From the NCBI GenBank assembly GCA_942490825.1, contig CALNYG010000005.1, positions 262,240-326,239 of the forward strand: a DNA stretch of 64,000 bases, given 5' to 3'. Positions within the stretch are counted from its first letter, which is position 1, and every line of letters begins with the position of its first letter. This stretch comes from Candidatus Moraniibacteriota bacterium. GTDB lineage: Bacteria; Patescibacteriota; Minisyncoccia; Moranbacterales; GCA-2747515. Under the pieces are notes generated by a model. It made no database searches. It was not told the origin of the DNA and saw only the letters and a list, made by a program, of their open reading frames with translations. The translations under genes were made by a program, and so were the position numbers. Positions 43,998 to 52,902 of this stretch are shown piece by piece.

Positions 43998-44242
43998 ATT
44001 TTCTGAAAAAATGGTAAACTATAAAATAGATGGGCAGATCATTAGACATTTAGATTTGCAGAATTATAGATGTGTAGAGACATTGCATTGTAATTCTTAG
44101 GATTGTAAAAAAAGATTTAGGATTTAAGGTTTATGAGAATTTAATATTGATGACTGGTTGCTGATGACACTGATCCAGGAACGTTACGAAACGGGTTGTA
44201 AAACCCGTTCCAGCGAGATTAATTTACTAATTTACTAAAAAT

Positions 44243-45169
44243 ATGTACGATACAATAATTATTGGGGGCGGACCAGCTGGGGTGGCGGCAGGAGTTTACG
44301 CAGCACGTAAGCAAATTAAAACAGCTTTTATTACAGATTCAATCGGTGGACAGTCAATTGTTTCTGATGGAATTGAAAATTGGATTGGAGAATTAAATAT
44401 TCCTGGTGCGATGTTAGCTAAAAAATTGAAAGATCATATTGAAAATTATAAGGATGAAATTGACATAAAATTTCCAGCTCGAACTGATAAAATTGAGAAA
44501 AATGAAGATGGAACTTTTAATGTTTTTGTTGGTGATGAAAAATTAGAAACTAAATCAGTTATTATTTGTACAGGTGGGCGACATCGTCACTTAAATGTTC
44601 CTGGTGAAAAAGAATTTAACGGACGGGGAGTGGCTTATTGTGCTACTTGTGATGCTCCATTTTTTAAGGATAAAGATGTGGCAGTTGTTGGTGGTGGAAA
44701 TAGTGGATTAGAAGCGGTTGTTGATTTGTTGAAATATGCTAATAAAGTTTATTTACTTGATCGTGAAGCAAAAGGCGAAATGAAGGGTGATCCAGCAACT
44801 TTTGAAGAAATTATGGAAAGTGGTAGAGTAGAGGTTTTTTATCAAGCGGATAGTCAGGAAGTTCTTGGTGATAAAATGGTGAGCAGTTTGCGATTTAAAA
44901 ATTTGGATACGGATGAGGAAAAAACGGTTGATGTACAGGGTGTGTTTGTGGAAATTGGGAGTGTTCCAAATAGTGAAATTGTTAAAGATTTTGTTGAGCT
45001 TGATCAATGGGGAAATATTAAGGTTGATGCTAGAAATCAGGCAACGAGTTGTGATGGTGTTTTTGCGGCAGGGGATGTTACGGATTCTATGTTTCGTCAG
45101 AATAATATTGCGACTGGCGATGGGATTAAAGCTTTATTATCGGCTATTGATTATGTGAAGAAGAATTAA
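44243..45169 (+). CDS. trxB: thioredoxin-disulfide reductase
   Basis: GGGPAG (FAD), CATCDA redox centre, GGGNSGLE (NADPH), AAGDV. Confidence 0.95.
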   Translation: MYDTIIIGGGPAGVAAGVYAARKQIKTAFITDSIGGQSIVSDGIENWIGELNIPGAMLAKKLKDHIENYKDEIDIKFPARTDKIEKNEDGTFNVFVGDEKLETKSVIICTGGRHRHLNVPGEKEFNGRGVAYCATCDAPFFKDKDVAVVGGGNSGLEAVVDLLKYANKVYLLDREAKGEMKGDPATFEEIMESGRVEVFYQADSQEVLGDKMVSSLRFKNLDTDEEKTVDVQGVFVEIGSVPNSEIVKDFVELDQWGNIKVDARNQATSCDGVFAAGDVTDSMFRQNNIATGDGIKALLSAIDYVKKN

Positions 45170-45195
45170 TAAATGATCATTTTAACTTCAGATTT

Positions 45196-45531
45196 ATGAA
45201 GTATTTTAGAGATGAAGAAGGGAGTGATTTAAATAAAGACAAGAAAGGATTTCTGGGAAAGATATTGAATTATTTTTTTAGTAATCAAAAATTTGATAAA
45301 ATTTCTGATAAAATTGTTTATTGGTGGATTCAGTTAGATGAAAAAAATAATCCAATAAAAGAAATTGCTTTTGATAAATTTGATGAGTCTCTTTGGATAG
45401 CTCCAATAAACGATGAACGAGGAATTTATACTGATTCTTTTATAACTTTTGAAAATCGTAAAAATGATATTGAAATTGAAAAAAAATTTAAAATAGTTTG
45501 GGATAAATTTATTAAATATAATGAAAAATAA
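45196..45531 (+). CDS. hypothetical protein
   Basis: 111-aa ORF. Its stop overlaps the next gene's start by 11 nt. No family recognised. Confidence 0.45.
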   Translation: MKYFRDEEGSDLNKDKKGFLGKILNYFFSNQKFDKISDKIVYWWIQLDEKNNPIKEIAFDKFDESLWIAPINDERGIYTDSFITFENRKNDIEIEKKFKIVWDKFIKYNEK

Positions 45532-46161
45532 ATTAACAAAAAATCAGCAAAAAAATAATTTTTATAATTCCATTTATTCACGAGATAAGAATAATTTTTA
45601 TTGGGGATTGGAGCCACATGAACTGGTTGTGAAATCAAGTGAAAATTTTCCAGTTAATACAAAAGTTTTAGATTTAGGATGTGGTGAAGGGAAAGATTCT
45701 TTTTATCTGGCAGAAAAAAGGTTTGATGTGACAGCCGTTGATAATTCAGATGTAGGTATCGTTAAGCTTGATAATTTTGCTAAGGAAAAAGGTTTAAAAA
45801 TTAAAACGATAGTTTCAGATCTTGAATTTTTTTAGAAAAGTGTGATAATTTTGATGCGATTTACTGTTGGAACTCTCTTCAGTTTATTGGTAAGGATAAA
45901 GTTTTTTTAGCTATAGATAAAATAAAAGAAAAAACTAATTCAGGAGGGATTAATGTAATAGCATCATTTTTGGCGGAAAATAAAGAGCAAAAAGAGAGAA
46001 TTATGTTAAAATATAAGTATTATTTTGATAAAAGCGAACTAAAAAATCTGTACAAAGGTTGGAATATTATATTCTATGAAGAAGAATTAGGAGGTTGGGA
46101 GACTCACGGAGAGCCAAGGCATAGACATTATAAAGTTAGGATGATTGCACAAAAACCTTAG
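45521..46161 (+). pseudogene. TehB-like class I SAM-dependent methyltransferase, frameshifted in a T7 run
   Basis: VLDLGCGEGKDSFYLAEKRFDVTAVDNS (motif I). After ...SDLEFF the sequence continues in the -1 frame (LEKCDNFDAIYCWNSLQFI...GGINVIASF...GWNIIFYEE...HRHYKVRMIAQKP; track ORF 45970..46161 is its tail). The frames join if T7 (45827-45833) were T8. Confidence 0.7.
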
Positions 46162-46189
46162 ATTTATAATTTAAATTAAAAACAAAAAC

Positions 46190-47182
46190 ATGAAAAAAAT
46201 ATTATTTCTTTTAACATTTGTATTATTAGCTTTTTTTTCATTTTCAATTCAAGCACAAGAATTAGCGCTCTTTAAGTCTGGGGATGTCATAGATACAGTC
46301 ATTCAAAATGCCAAAATAGCAGAATGGACTGGAGATAAAAGTGTTTACATTGTAGAGTTTGAGATTGCTAATAACTTAAGTAAAGATCAAGAAGGAATAA
46401 AATATGCTTTAGAACTTTACAATTCTTCCAAGGAATATGGAAAGTTTTTAGTTGATCAAAAAGTTTACGATGAAACTGTAAAATTAGACCCTGAAGAAAT
46501 GATCTTAAAAAGAGTTCAGTATGATTTTCCAGTTAGTCTTCAGGGAGAATATGAGCTTCAATTATTGATAACAACTGATGATGGCATTGAATTAGATAGA
46601 AAAACTTTAGGTAATATTGGTAGAGATAAGGTAGAAGGAATTTTTATTGATATAACACAGTGTCAGAATAAAATTGGTTTTGAGGAAAATCATATTTTCA
46701 AAGAGATGGATTTGACGGACAACGATTCTTTTGAAATTAGATGTAAAAATTTAAAAAATGTTTCTGATAAAAATTTAAACTTTAATGCTAAAGTTGTTAT
46801 TAGGCAACAGACAAAATTTGGCGAAGTTATTGATGAAAAAGTATTAGACAAGAAAAACTTAAAGCCCAATAAGGAGCAAGATTTTTCTTTTAAAATTCCA
46901 GCGATCAATAAAAGTATATATAAATATAAGGGTGAATTATTCTTAATTAATTCTAATAAGCAAAAAGTATCAAATAGTATTTATTTTAGCTATATGATTA
47001 AGATGGATGAGAATGGGGATATTATTAAGGATCCAAGTACAAGTGAGATTATGGAAATTAATCAGAATGATAGTCAAGAAAATGCTGAAAATTTCTCTTT
47101 TGCAACTATTGTTACTGTAATTTTGACTTCAGCATTTTTGTTAGTGGTCATTTTGATTTTCCGAATGAAGAAAAAAAATTAA
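46190..47182 (+). CDS. secreted hypothetical protein with C-terminal membrane anchor
   Basis: Signal peptide (FSIQAQE), a beta-rich body, and a C-terminal TM segment followed by RMKKKN. Confidence 0.6.
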   Translation: MKKILFLLTFVLLAFFSFSIQAQELALFKSGDVIDTVIQNAKIAEWTGDKSVYIVEFEIANNLSKDQEGIKYALELYNSSKEYGKFLVDQKVYDETVKLDPEEMILKRVQYDFPVSLQGEYELQLLITTDDGIELDRKTLGNIGRDKVEGIFIDITQCQNKIGFEENHIFKEMDLTDNDSFEIRCKNLKNVSDKNLNFNAKVVIRQQTKFGEVIDEKVLDKKNLKPNKEQDFSFKIPAINKSIYKYKGELFLINSNKQKVSNSIYFSYMIKMDENGDIIKDPSTSEIMEINQNDSQENAENFSFATIVTVILTSAFLLVVILIFRMKKKN

Positions 47183-47198
47183 TAAAATAAAAGTAAAT

Positions 47199-47945
47199 AT
47201 GAGTAAGACTATTTATATTGCAATTTTTTTGATGGTGGCAATTCTTGGGGGGTTGTTAACTCTAGCGATTTTAGACGGTGATATTGTTGAAGATGTTGAA
47301 GTTGTAGAAGAAATAATAAAAAAAGAGGACAGTGGTTTAATTGAAAATAATTTTGAGAATGATTTAAAAAATAAAACTTGTAGCATTGATGCTCTAGGAA
47401 ATATTTCAAGTGAGTGCTCTGTTGATGTAAATAATTTGGAAGATGACGTTGTTAGAAAGGATGATAAAAAGAAAGAAATAAAGGAAATTTTTGGAACGAA
47501 AAAAGGAGATTTGGCTTATAATTTTGAGTTGGTTAATTTATCCGGTGAGAAAGTTAAGCTGTCAGATTATCGTGGTAAAAAGCCAGTTATTGTGGAGTTT
47601 TGGAATGCGTGGTGTCATAATTGCCAGAGGGAAATGCCGAAGTTGCAAAAGACTTATGAAAAATATGATGGTAAATTTGAAATCATTGGGGTTAACTTAT
47701 TGCCAAATAAAGATTTTTCAGGCAGTGAAGATTCTAAAGAAGAGATAATTTCTTTTGTTAAAAAATATAAAATAACTTTTCCGATAATTCTTGACGATAA
47801 ACTTTTAGCTGCTAGAAAGTATGAAGTTAAAGCGACTAATCATCATTTTTTGATTAATACGGATGGAACGATTTATGATAGTTTTTTTATTGATTTGGAA
47901 GAAAAAATATTGGAAGATTTTTTGGAGTTTAATGAAATAAAATAA
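47199..47945 (+). CDS. membrane-anchored TlpA/ResA-like thiol:disulfide oxidoreductase
   Basis: N-terminal TM helix. Thioredoxin fold with WNAWCHNCQREMP (CxxC). Confidence 0.8.
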   Translation: MSKTIYIAIFLMVAILGGLLTLAILDGDIVEDVEVVEEIIKKEDSGLIENNFENDLKNKTCSIDALGNISSECSVDVNNLEDDVVRKDDKKKEIKEIFGTKKGDLAYNFELVNLSGEKVKLSDYRGKKPVIVEFWNAWCHNCQREMPKLQKTYEKYDGKFEIIGVNLLPNKDFSGSEDSKEEIISFVKKYKITFPIILDDKLLAARKYEVKATNHHFLINTDGTIYDSFFIDLEEKILEDFLEFNEIK

Positions 47946-47954
47946 GCGGTTAGA

Positions 47955-48058
47955 TTTTAAGACTTTTGTGATTTTCTGTGGGGGACTCCTGTCTGCCGAC
48001 AGGCAGGCTTCACTGCGTAATTTTGTCTGACGACAAAATTACTTCGTTCAGAATGACA
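47955..48058 (+). repeat. right-half NPE with GC mini-palindrome inserted in the inner arm
   Basis: Spacer tail TTTTGTGATTTTCTGTGGGGGA | CTCCTGTCTGCCGACAGGCAGG | CTTCACT; hairpin B variant GTAATTTTGTC-TGAC-GACAAAATTAC; CGTTCAGAATGACA. Confidence 0.85.
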
Positions 48059-48071
48059 GGTGACGTGTGCA

Positions 48072-48099
48072 GTAGGGAACGCACATGTGCGTTCCCTAC
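48072..48099. repeat. 28-nt perfect palindrome (family G-related)
   Basis: GTAGGGAACGCACA|TGTGCGTTCCCTAC. Confidence 0.85.
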
Positions 48100-48159
48100 G
48101 AAATGATATGTAAATTGGATGACAGAAAAGTTTTAGAGTTTCGGAAAATGTTGAATGGT

Positions 48160-48201
48160 AAAAAGCCCGTGCGGCGAGCCTGCCTATCGGCAGACAGGCA
48201 C
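48160..48201 (+). repeat. Box-A repeat, filled form
   Basis: AAAAAGCCCGTGCGGCGAGC-CTGCCTATCGGCAGACAGGC-AC then TTTTTATTTTTT, 45 nt upstream of rpiB. Near-identical to the copy at 781..822. Confidence 0.9.
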
Positions 48202-48245
48202 TTTTTATTTTTTAAAGTTTTAAGATAATTACTAAGATTAAAAAT

Positions 48246-48701
48246 ATGAAAATTTATTTGGGAACGGATCATGCGGGATTTGAGTTGAAGGAAAAAATTA
48301 AGGTTTTTCTTGAAACTGAAATTGATTGTGAAATTGAAGATTTTGGTGCTTTTGAATTTGATGGAGTTGATGATTATCCAGATTTTATTTTTCCTGTGGC
48401 TGAGCAAGTGGCTGAAGATTGGAATAATGGAATTGAAAACTTTGGAATTATTTTTGGTGGTTCAGGGCAGGGCGAGGCGATGGTGGCGAATCGGGCGGAT
48501 GGTGTGCGAGCGACGGTTTTTTATGGCGGTTCAGAAGAAATTATTAAACTTTCTCGTGAGCATAATAATGCTAATATTTTATCTTTGGGGGCGAGATTTG
48601 TTGATTTTGAAGAAGTTAAAGAAATGATTAAATTGTGGTTGGATACGGAATTTTCTGGGGAGGAAAGGCATGAGAGGAGAATTGAAAAAATAGATAGGTA
48701 A
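48246..48701 (+). CDS. rpiB: ribose-5-phosphate isomerase B
   Basis: MKIYLGTDHAGFELKEKI, GSGQGEAMVANR, NANILSLGARF. Confidence 0.95.
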   Translation: MKIYLGTDHAGFELKEKIKVFLETEIDCEIEDFGAFEFDGVDDYPDFIFPVAEQVAEDWNNGIENFGIIFGGSGQGEAMVANRADGVRATVFYGGSEEIIKLSREHNNANILSLGARFVDFEEVKEMIKLWLDTEFSGEERHERRIEKIDR

Positions 48702-48801
48702 ATTATTTAGGCGATTAAGACGGCAGATGATTAGATTTGTAGAGAGATTGTAGTACGATGTTTTGGATTGTGAAAAATGGTGCAATGGAACTAATAATTT
48801 A

Positions 48802-48855
48802 GAGAAAATTGAGAAAATTGAGAAAATTGAGAAAATTGAGAAAATTGAGAAAATT
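48802..48855 (+). repeat. 9-bp tandem repeat (GAGAAAATT) x6
   Basis: Six perfect head-to-tail units, immediately followed by an Hp-C hairpin. Confidence 0.95.
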
Positions 48856-48865
48856 GGTAAAGTTG

Positions 48866-48897
48866 CGGAAGCAGTGGTCTTCGACACACTACTTCCG
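48866..48897 (+). repeat. Hp-C hairpin, single copy
   Basis: CGGAAGCAGTG-GTCTTCGACA-CACTACTTCCG. T-A changed to G-C relative to the 15341 copy (compensatory). Confidence 0.9.
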
Positions 48898-49110
48898 GCT
48901 CAGAGATGCTTGGTTGAATAATAATACCATTTCTAAGTAATTGTTCCTCAGTGATTATTTTTAATAATTAACATTTGCGATGCTTTGTCACAAATAAATA
49001 TTTAAGAATGGGAAAAGGTTAACTGAAAACGGCATAATAAAGAAAAGATTGTAAGGGTATTAAAGGAAATCGGAAAAGTCTCTAACTCTGATATCAAATA
49101 ATTATAATTT

Positions 49111-49551
49111 ATGAATGAAAATAAATGTGATAAAGATTCTGTTTTATGCAGTGCTTATTTATTGGGAATAAGATGTCCTTTTGATGGGAATTCTTATCCT
49201 AAGGAAAAAGCTTTAGAATTAACTAAAAAAGAAAATTTAATTCCGGTTTGTCCAGAACAATTAGGAGGACTAGCAACTCCACGGGATTGGTCTGAGATTA
49301 AAAATGAAAGAGTAATTACTAAAAAAGGAGATGATATTACAGAACAGTATAAAAGAGGAGCGGAGGAGATTTTGAAAATCGCTAAATTATTAAATATCAA
49401 AAAAGCTATCTTAAAACAAAGAAGTCTTTCTTGTGGTTGCGGTCAGATTTATGATGGTACTTTTTCAAAAAATGTTATTGCTGGCGATGGTTTGACTACG
49501 AGATTATTAAAAGAAAACGGGATCGAGGTTATTTCGGAGGAAGATTTATAA
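49111..49551 (+). CDS. DUF523 (YbbK/TudS-like) protein
   Basis: 146 aa. CPEQLGGLATPR and CGCG motifs typical of DUF523. Confidence 0.7.
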   Translation: MNENKCDKDSVLCSAYLLGIRCPFDGNSYPKEKALELTKKENLIPVCPEQLGGLATPRDWSEIKNERVITKKGDDITEQYKRGAEEILKIAKLLNIKKAILKQRSLSCGCGQIYDGTFSKNVIAGDGLTTRLLKENGIEVISEEDL

Positions 49552-49636
49552 ATTTTACAGAATGATTCAAAGATACTATAATTTATTGATGCTAGTTATT
49601 ATGGCTAATTTTCAATAAATAATTAAAAATAAAACA

Positions 49637-50266
49637 ATGAAAATAATACCGACGATTTTGACAAATGATAGTGATAAAGCGTTAGAACAAATTGAGGCTT
49701 TGCGAGGAGTGGCGGATTGGTTGCAAATTGATGTGATGGATGGAACGATGACGGATAGTTCAACTTTTGATTTGTATGATTTAGTGGGGGAAGTGGATGA
49801 TTTTAATATTGAGGTTCACTTGATGGTGAATAATCCTGAAGAATATTTTGATGTTTGTGAAACTTTGGGTGTTGATCGGGTTTATTTTCATTTCGAAGCG
49901 GTGGAGAGTCCGTCTTTTGTTTTGGAGAAAATGGAATATCATGCTTTTGAGCGGGGAATAGTTTTGAGTCCTCAGACTAGCGTTGATTCGATTATTCCTT
50001 ATATTGATGATGTTCAAGCGGTTCAGATTATGACTGTTGTTCCTGGAAGGCAGGGACAGGCTTTTATGTCGGATATGTTGGATAAGGTTGAGGAGGTAAA
50101 AGTTGATTATTCTGATAAATGGGTTAGTGTTGATGGTGGTGTGAATGAGGATAATTTGAAAGAGGTTATTAGCTCGGGTGCTGATGCGGCTGGGGTGGGG
50201 AGTGCGGTGATGGGGGCTAGTGATATTGCAGGAGCTTATGAAGATTTGGTGAAAATGGAGGGGTAG
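49637..50266 (+). CDS. rpe: ribulose-phosphate 3-epimerase
   Basis: 209 aa TIM-barrel. IIPTILT, LQIDVMDG, VHLMV, and a VDGGVN...GADAAGVGSAV phosphate-binding tail. Confidence 0.85.
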   Translation: MKIIPTILTNDSDKALEQIEALRGVADWLQIDVMDGTMTDSSTFDLYDLVGEVDDFNIEVHLMVNNPEEYFDVCETLGVDRVYFHFEAVESPSFVLEKMEYHAFERGIVLSPQTSVDSIIPYIDDVQAVQIMTVVPGRQGQAFMSDMLDKVEEVKVDYSDKWVSVDGGVNEDNLKEVISSGADAAGVGSAVMGASDIAGAYEDLVKMEG

Positions 50267-50352
50267 TTTTTGCTATTGTGTTTTTCGTTTATTTTTGATA
50301 GGTTAAACGTGCTTTAAAAAAGCATTTATTTTAACTTATTATTTTTAGAAAT

Positions 50353-51354
50353 ATGACAAATAAAAAGAATATAATAAAAACAATTTTATTTTCTCTGATT
50401 TTATATGTAGGGATTATTGCTCTGATGTGGGTCGTTTATATATTTAGTAGAGGTTTTGTACTTTATGGATTATTTGATACAAACGGGTGGGGATTTTACT
50501 ACTGGTCTTTAGAGTCATTACTGGGTTTATATTTTTTTCGTATTGTAATGTTTTTTCATTATCTTTTTAGCTTTGTTTTTGCTATCCCGTATTATATTTT
50601 GTATAGAGAATCTATTTTCTATAATTTTAATTTAATTGATGGTATAACTTCTGTTTTATTAAATTTGAGTTTGTTTTTTGTTTCCTTTGTTTCAGTTTAT
50701 TATTTTTTATTTAGAAAAAAAGCTGAAAATAAAAAAGATATAATTATTAAAATGTTTTTATCCATTAAAAAATATTCAGTCTTTTTCGGATTGTTTTTAA
50801 TTATTTTTGCTATTTCCATATTTCCATATTTATTTACTTCTAGTAAAGAAGAAAGAATTTGTGAGAATTCCGTTATCTTAAAAGAAGAGTTTGGTTTTCG
50901 TGTTACTAAGAAAGGAATTTGTGTTCACGGATCATCTAAAAAATATGTGTGTGATAAATATAATATTTCTTGTAAAGATGCAGGGAACAAAAAATTTAGT
51001 TTTGGTGATTGGTATTTAATTGAAGATTTAAATAAGGATGATTTTGATATAAATTTTTTAGAAGAGAAAAGTAATGAAAATTATAGAATTATAGAATTGA
51101 ATATAAAAGAAGAAAAGATTTATATAATTGATTTTTTAAAATTATCAATAGATGATTTGCAAAATATTGATCCAGAAACTTTTCAGTATTTAAATGGAAG
51201 TTATTCAAAAGATAAAAATAATGTATATTATAAAAATGAAATAATTTCAGCTGATCCAGAAACTTTTATTTATGAAAAAGGGAAAGGAAAAGCAACTGGA
51301 AAAGGGCGAGATAAAAATGGAACTTGGATTAAGGGAGCTTTACAGGATAAATGA
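50353..51354 (+). CDS. polytopic membrane protein with C-terminal DKNYY-type domain
   Basis: About 6 TM helices over aa 1-165. The C-terminal part carries SKDKNNVYYKNE and PETF repeats, as in the 17401 protein. Confidence 0.6.
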   Translation: MTNKKNIIKTILFSLILYVGIIALMWVVYIFSRGFVLYGLFDTNGWGFYYWSLESLLGLYFFRIVMFFHYLFSFVFAIPYYILYRESIFYNFNLIDGITSVLLNLSLFFVSFVSVYYFLFRKKAENKKDIIIKMFLSIKKYSVFFGLFLIIFAISIFPYLFTSSKEERICENSVILKEEFGFRVTKKGICVHGSSKKYVCDKYNISCKDAGNKKFSFGDWYLIEDLNKDDFDINFLEEKSNENYRIIELNIKEEKIYIIDFLKLSIDDLQNIDPETFQYLNGSYSKDKNNVYYKNEIISADPETFIYEKGKGKATGKGRDKNGTWIKGALQDK

Positions 51355-51425
51355 AAATAAAATTTTTACGCTGAGGGCGACCACGAGAAATTAATTGCAA
51401 TTCATTTCTACAGGCTATGTATCAT

Positions 51426-51464
51426 AGCCCGTGCGGCGAGCCTGCCTGTTCGGCAGACAGGCAC
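51426..51464 (+). repeat. Box-A repeat, filled form
   Basis: TATGTATCATAGCCCGTGCGGCGAGC-CTGCCTGTTCGGCAGACAGGC-AC, 87 nt upstream of gdhA. Confidence 0.9.
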
Positions 51465-51550
51465 TTTTTAAATTATCTTTAGAAGGGTATAATAAAAGTT
51501 GCAGACTTGTTCTGTAACTTTTTATTTTTTAAAATATTAAAATTAAACCT

Positions 51551-52810
51551 ATGAATAATCCATTTGAAAATGCGATGACGCAATTAAGTAAGGCAATTAA
51601 AATTATTGATCTTGATGAAAGTGTTTTTGAATTATTAAAACAACCGCAACAAATTCATGAAGTGGCTATTCCAGTGAAGATGGACGATGGTTCTTTAAAA
51701 AGTTTTCGGGGTTATCGGGTGCAATATAATAATGCACTAGGTCCGTATAAAGGAGGAATTCGTTTTCATCCGCAGGTGGACATTGATGAGGTTAAGGCTT
51801 TGTCTTTTTGGATGGCGATAAAATGTGCGGTGGTTAATTTGCCCTATGGTGGTGGAAAGGGTGGTGTTGAGGTTGATCCGCGGGAACTTTCTGAGCGAGA
51901 GTTAGAAAGATTATCTCGAGGTTATGTGGAAAAAATGTTTCGACAAATTGGTCCAAATAGGGATATTCCGGCACCGGATGTTTATACTAATCCTAAAATT
52001 ATGGGTTGGATGATGGATGAATATTCTAAGTTGGCGGGTCGAGTGGAGAAGGGTTCTTTTACGGGCAAGGCGGTTGAGGTTGGTGGTATTAAGGCACGAG
52101 GGAGTGCGACGGCGAAAGGTGGTTTTATTCTTTTGGAAAAAATGCGAGAGGATTTGGGGAGGAAGGCGAGTGATATGAGGGTTGCGGTTCAGGGGTTTGG
52201 TAATGCTGGTTATATTTTTGCTGAGTTGGCGTATGAGGCTGGATATAATATTGTGGGTGTTTCTGATTCTTGGGGTGCTGTTTTGAGTGTTAAAGGTGGT
52301 TTGAATCCGAAGGAAATTTTTGGGTATAAACAGAAAAATGGTTCTCTTGAAAATTATGTTGAGGAGTCTAAGAATGGTGATTTTGTTGCGGGGAGTAATG
52401 ATGATTTGTTGATGACGGAGTGTGATGTTTTGGTTCCGGCGGCGATTGAGAATCAGATTAGGGAGGACAATGCTGATGATGTTAAGGCTGATATTATTTT
52501 GGAATTGGCGAATGGTCCGGTTACTCCGGAGGCGGATGATATTTTGAATGGTAAAAATGTTACGGTGGTTCCGGATGTTTTGGCGAATGCGGGTGGGGTG
52601 ACGGTTTCTTATTTTGAGTGGGTGCAGAATTTGCAGAATGTTGTTTGGTCGGATGGGGAGAATGATGAGAGGTTGAGGGGTGTTATGATTGGGGCTTATG
52701 GTGATGTTTTGGTTTGTGCTGGGAAATATGGGATTTGTTATCGGGAGGCTTGTTTTGTTTTGGCGGTTGAGAGGATTGGGGAAGCGATGAAGGGGAGGGG
52801 ATGGGTTTAG
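51551..52810 (+). CDS. gdhA: NAD(P)-specific glutamate dehydrogenase
   Basis: 419 aa. GPYKGGIRFHP, PYGGGKGG, VQGFGNAG. Confidence 0.95.
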   Translation: MNNPFENAMTQLSKAIKIIDLDESVFELLKQPQQIHEVAIPVKMDDGSLKSFRGYRVQYNNALGPYKGGIRFHPQVDIDEVKALSFWMAIKCAVVNLPYGGGKGGVEVDPRELSERELERLSRGYVEKMFRQIGPNRDIPAPDVYTNPKIMGWMMDEYSKLAGRVEKGSFTGKAVEVGGIKARGSATAKGGFILLEKMREDLGRKASDMRVAVQGFGNAGYIFAELAYEAGYNIVGVSDSWGAVLSVKGGLNPKEIFGYKQKNGSLENYVEESKNGDFVAGSNDDLLMTECDVLVPAAIENQIREDNADDVKADIILELANGPVTPEADDILNGKNVTVVPDVLANAGGVTVSYFEWVQNLQNVVWSDGENDERLRGVMIGAYGDVLVCAGKYGICYREACFVLAVERIGEAMKGRGWV

Positions 52811-52815
52811 GTTTT

Positions 52816-52846
52816 TAAAAATCACCGCGGAGCGGTGATTTTTTTG
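52816..52846. terminator. bidirectional terminator-like hairpin; left copy of a 33/34-nt direct repeat
   Basis: TTTTAAAAATCACCGCGG-AGCGGTGATTTTTTT. It recurs at 61611..61641 with one extra G in the loop. Confidence 0.7.
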
Positions 52847-52902
52847 TTTTGGATAATTTCGAGAACGCTGGTATACTAATTAATATACAATTAATTTTTT
52901 TT

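Noticed and set aside
48579-48887. 102-aa ORF containing SIFSIFSIFSIFSIF
   Set aside because: The repeat is simply the translation of the noncoding 9-bp tandem repeat. The rest of the ORF overlaps the 3' end of rpiB antisense.
51911-52825. 304-aa ORF antisense to gdhA. Similar antisense ORFs: 14826-15176, 15694-16041, 16710-17189, 22957-23187, 30053-30463, 44753-45007, 49781-50017, 61110-61436.
   Set aside because: Each lies opposite a confidently identified conserved gene. The products are low-complexity (I/N/P/R/T/H/F-rich). They are explained by the near absence of TTA, CTA and TCA in the G/T-ending sense codons.
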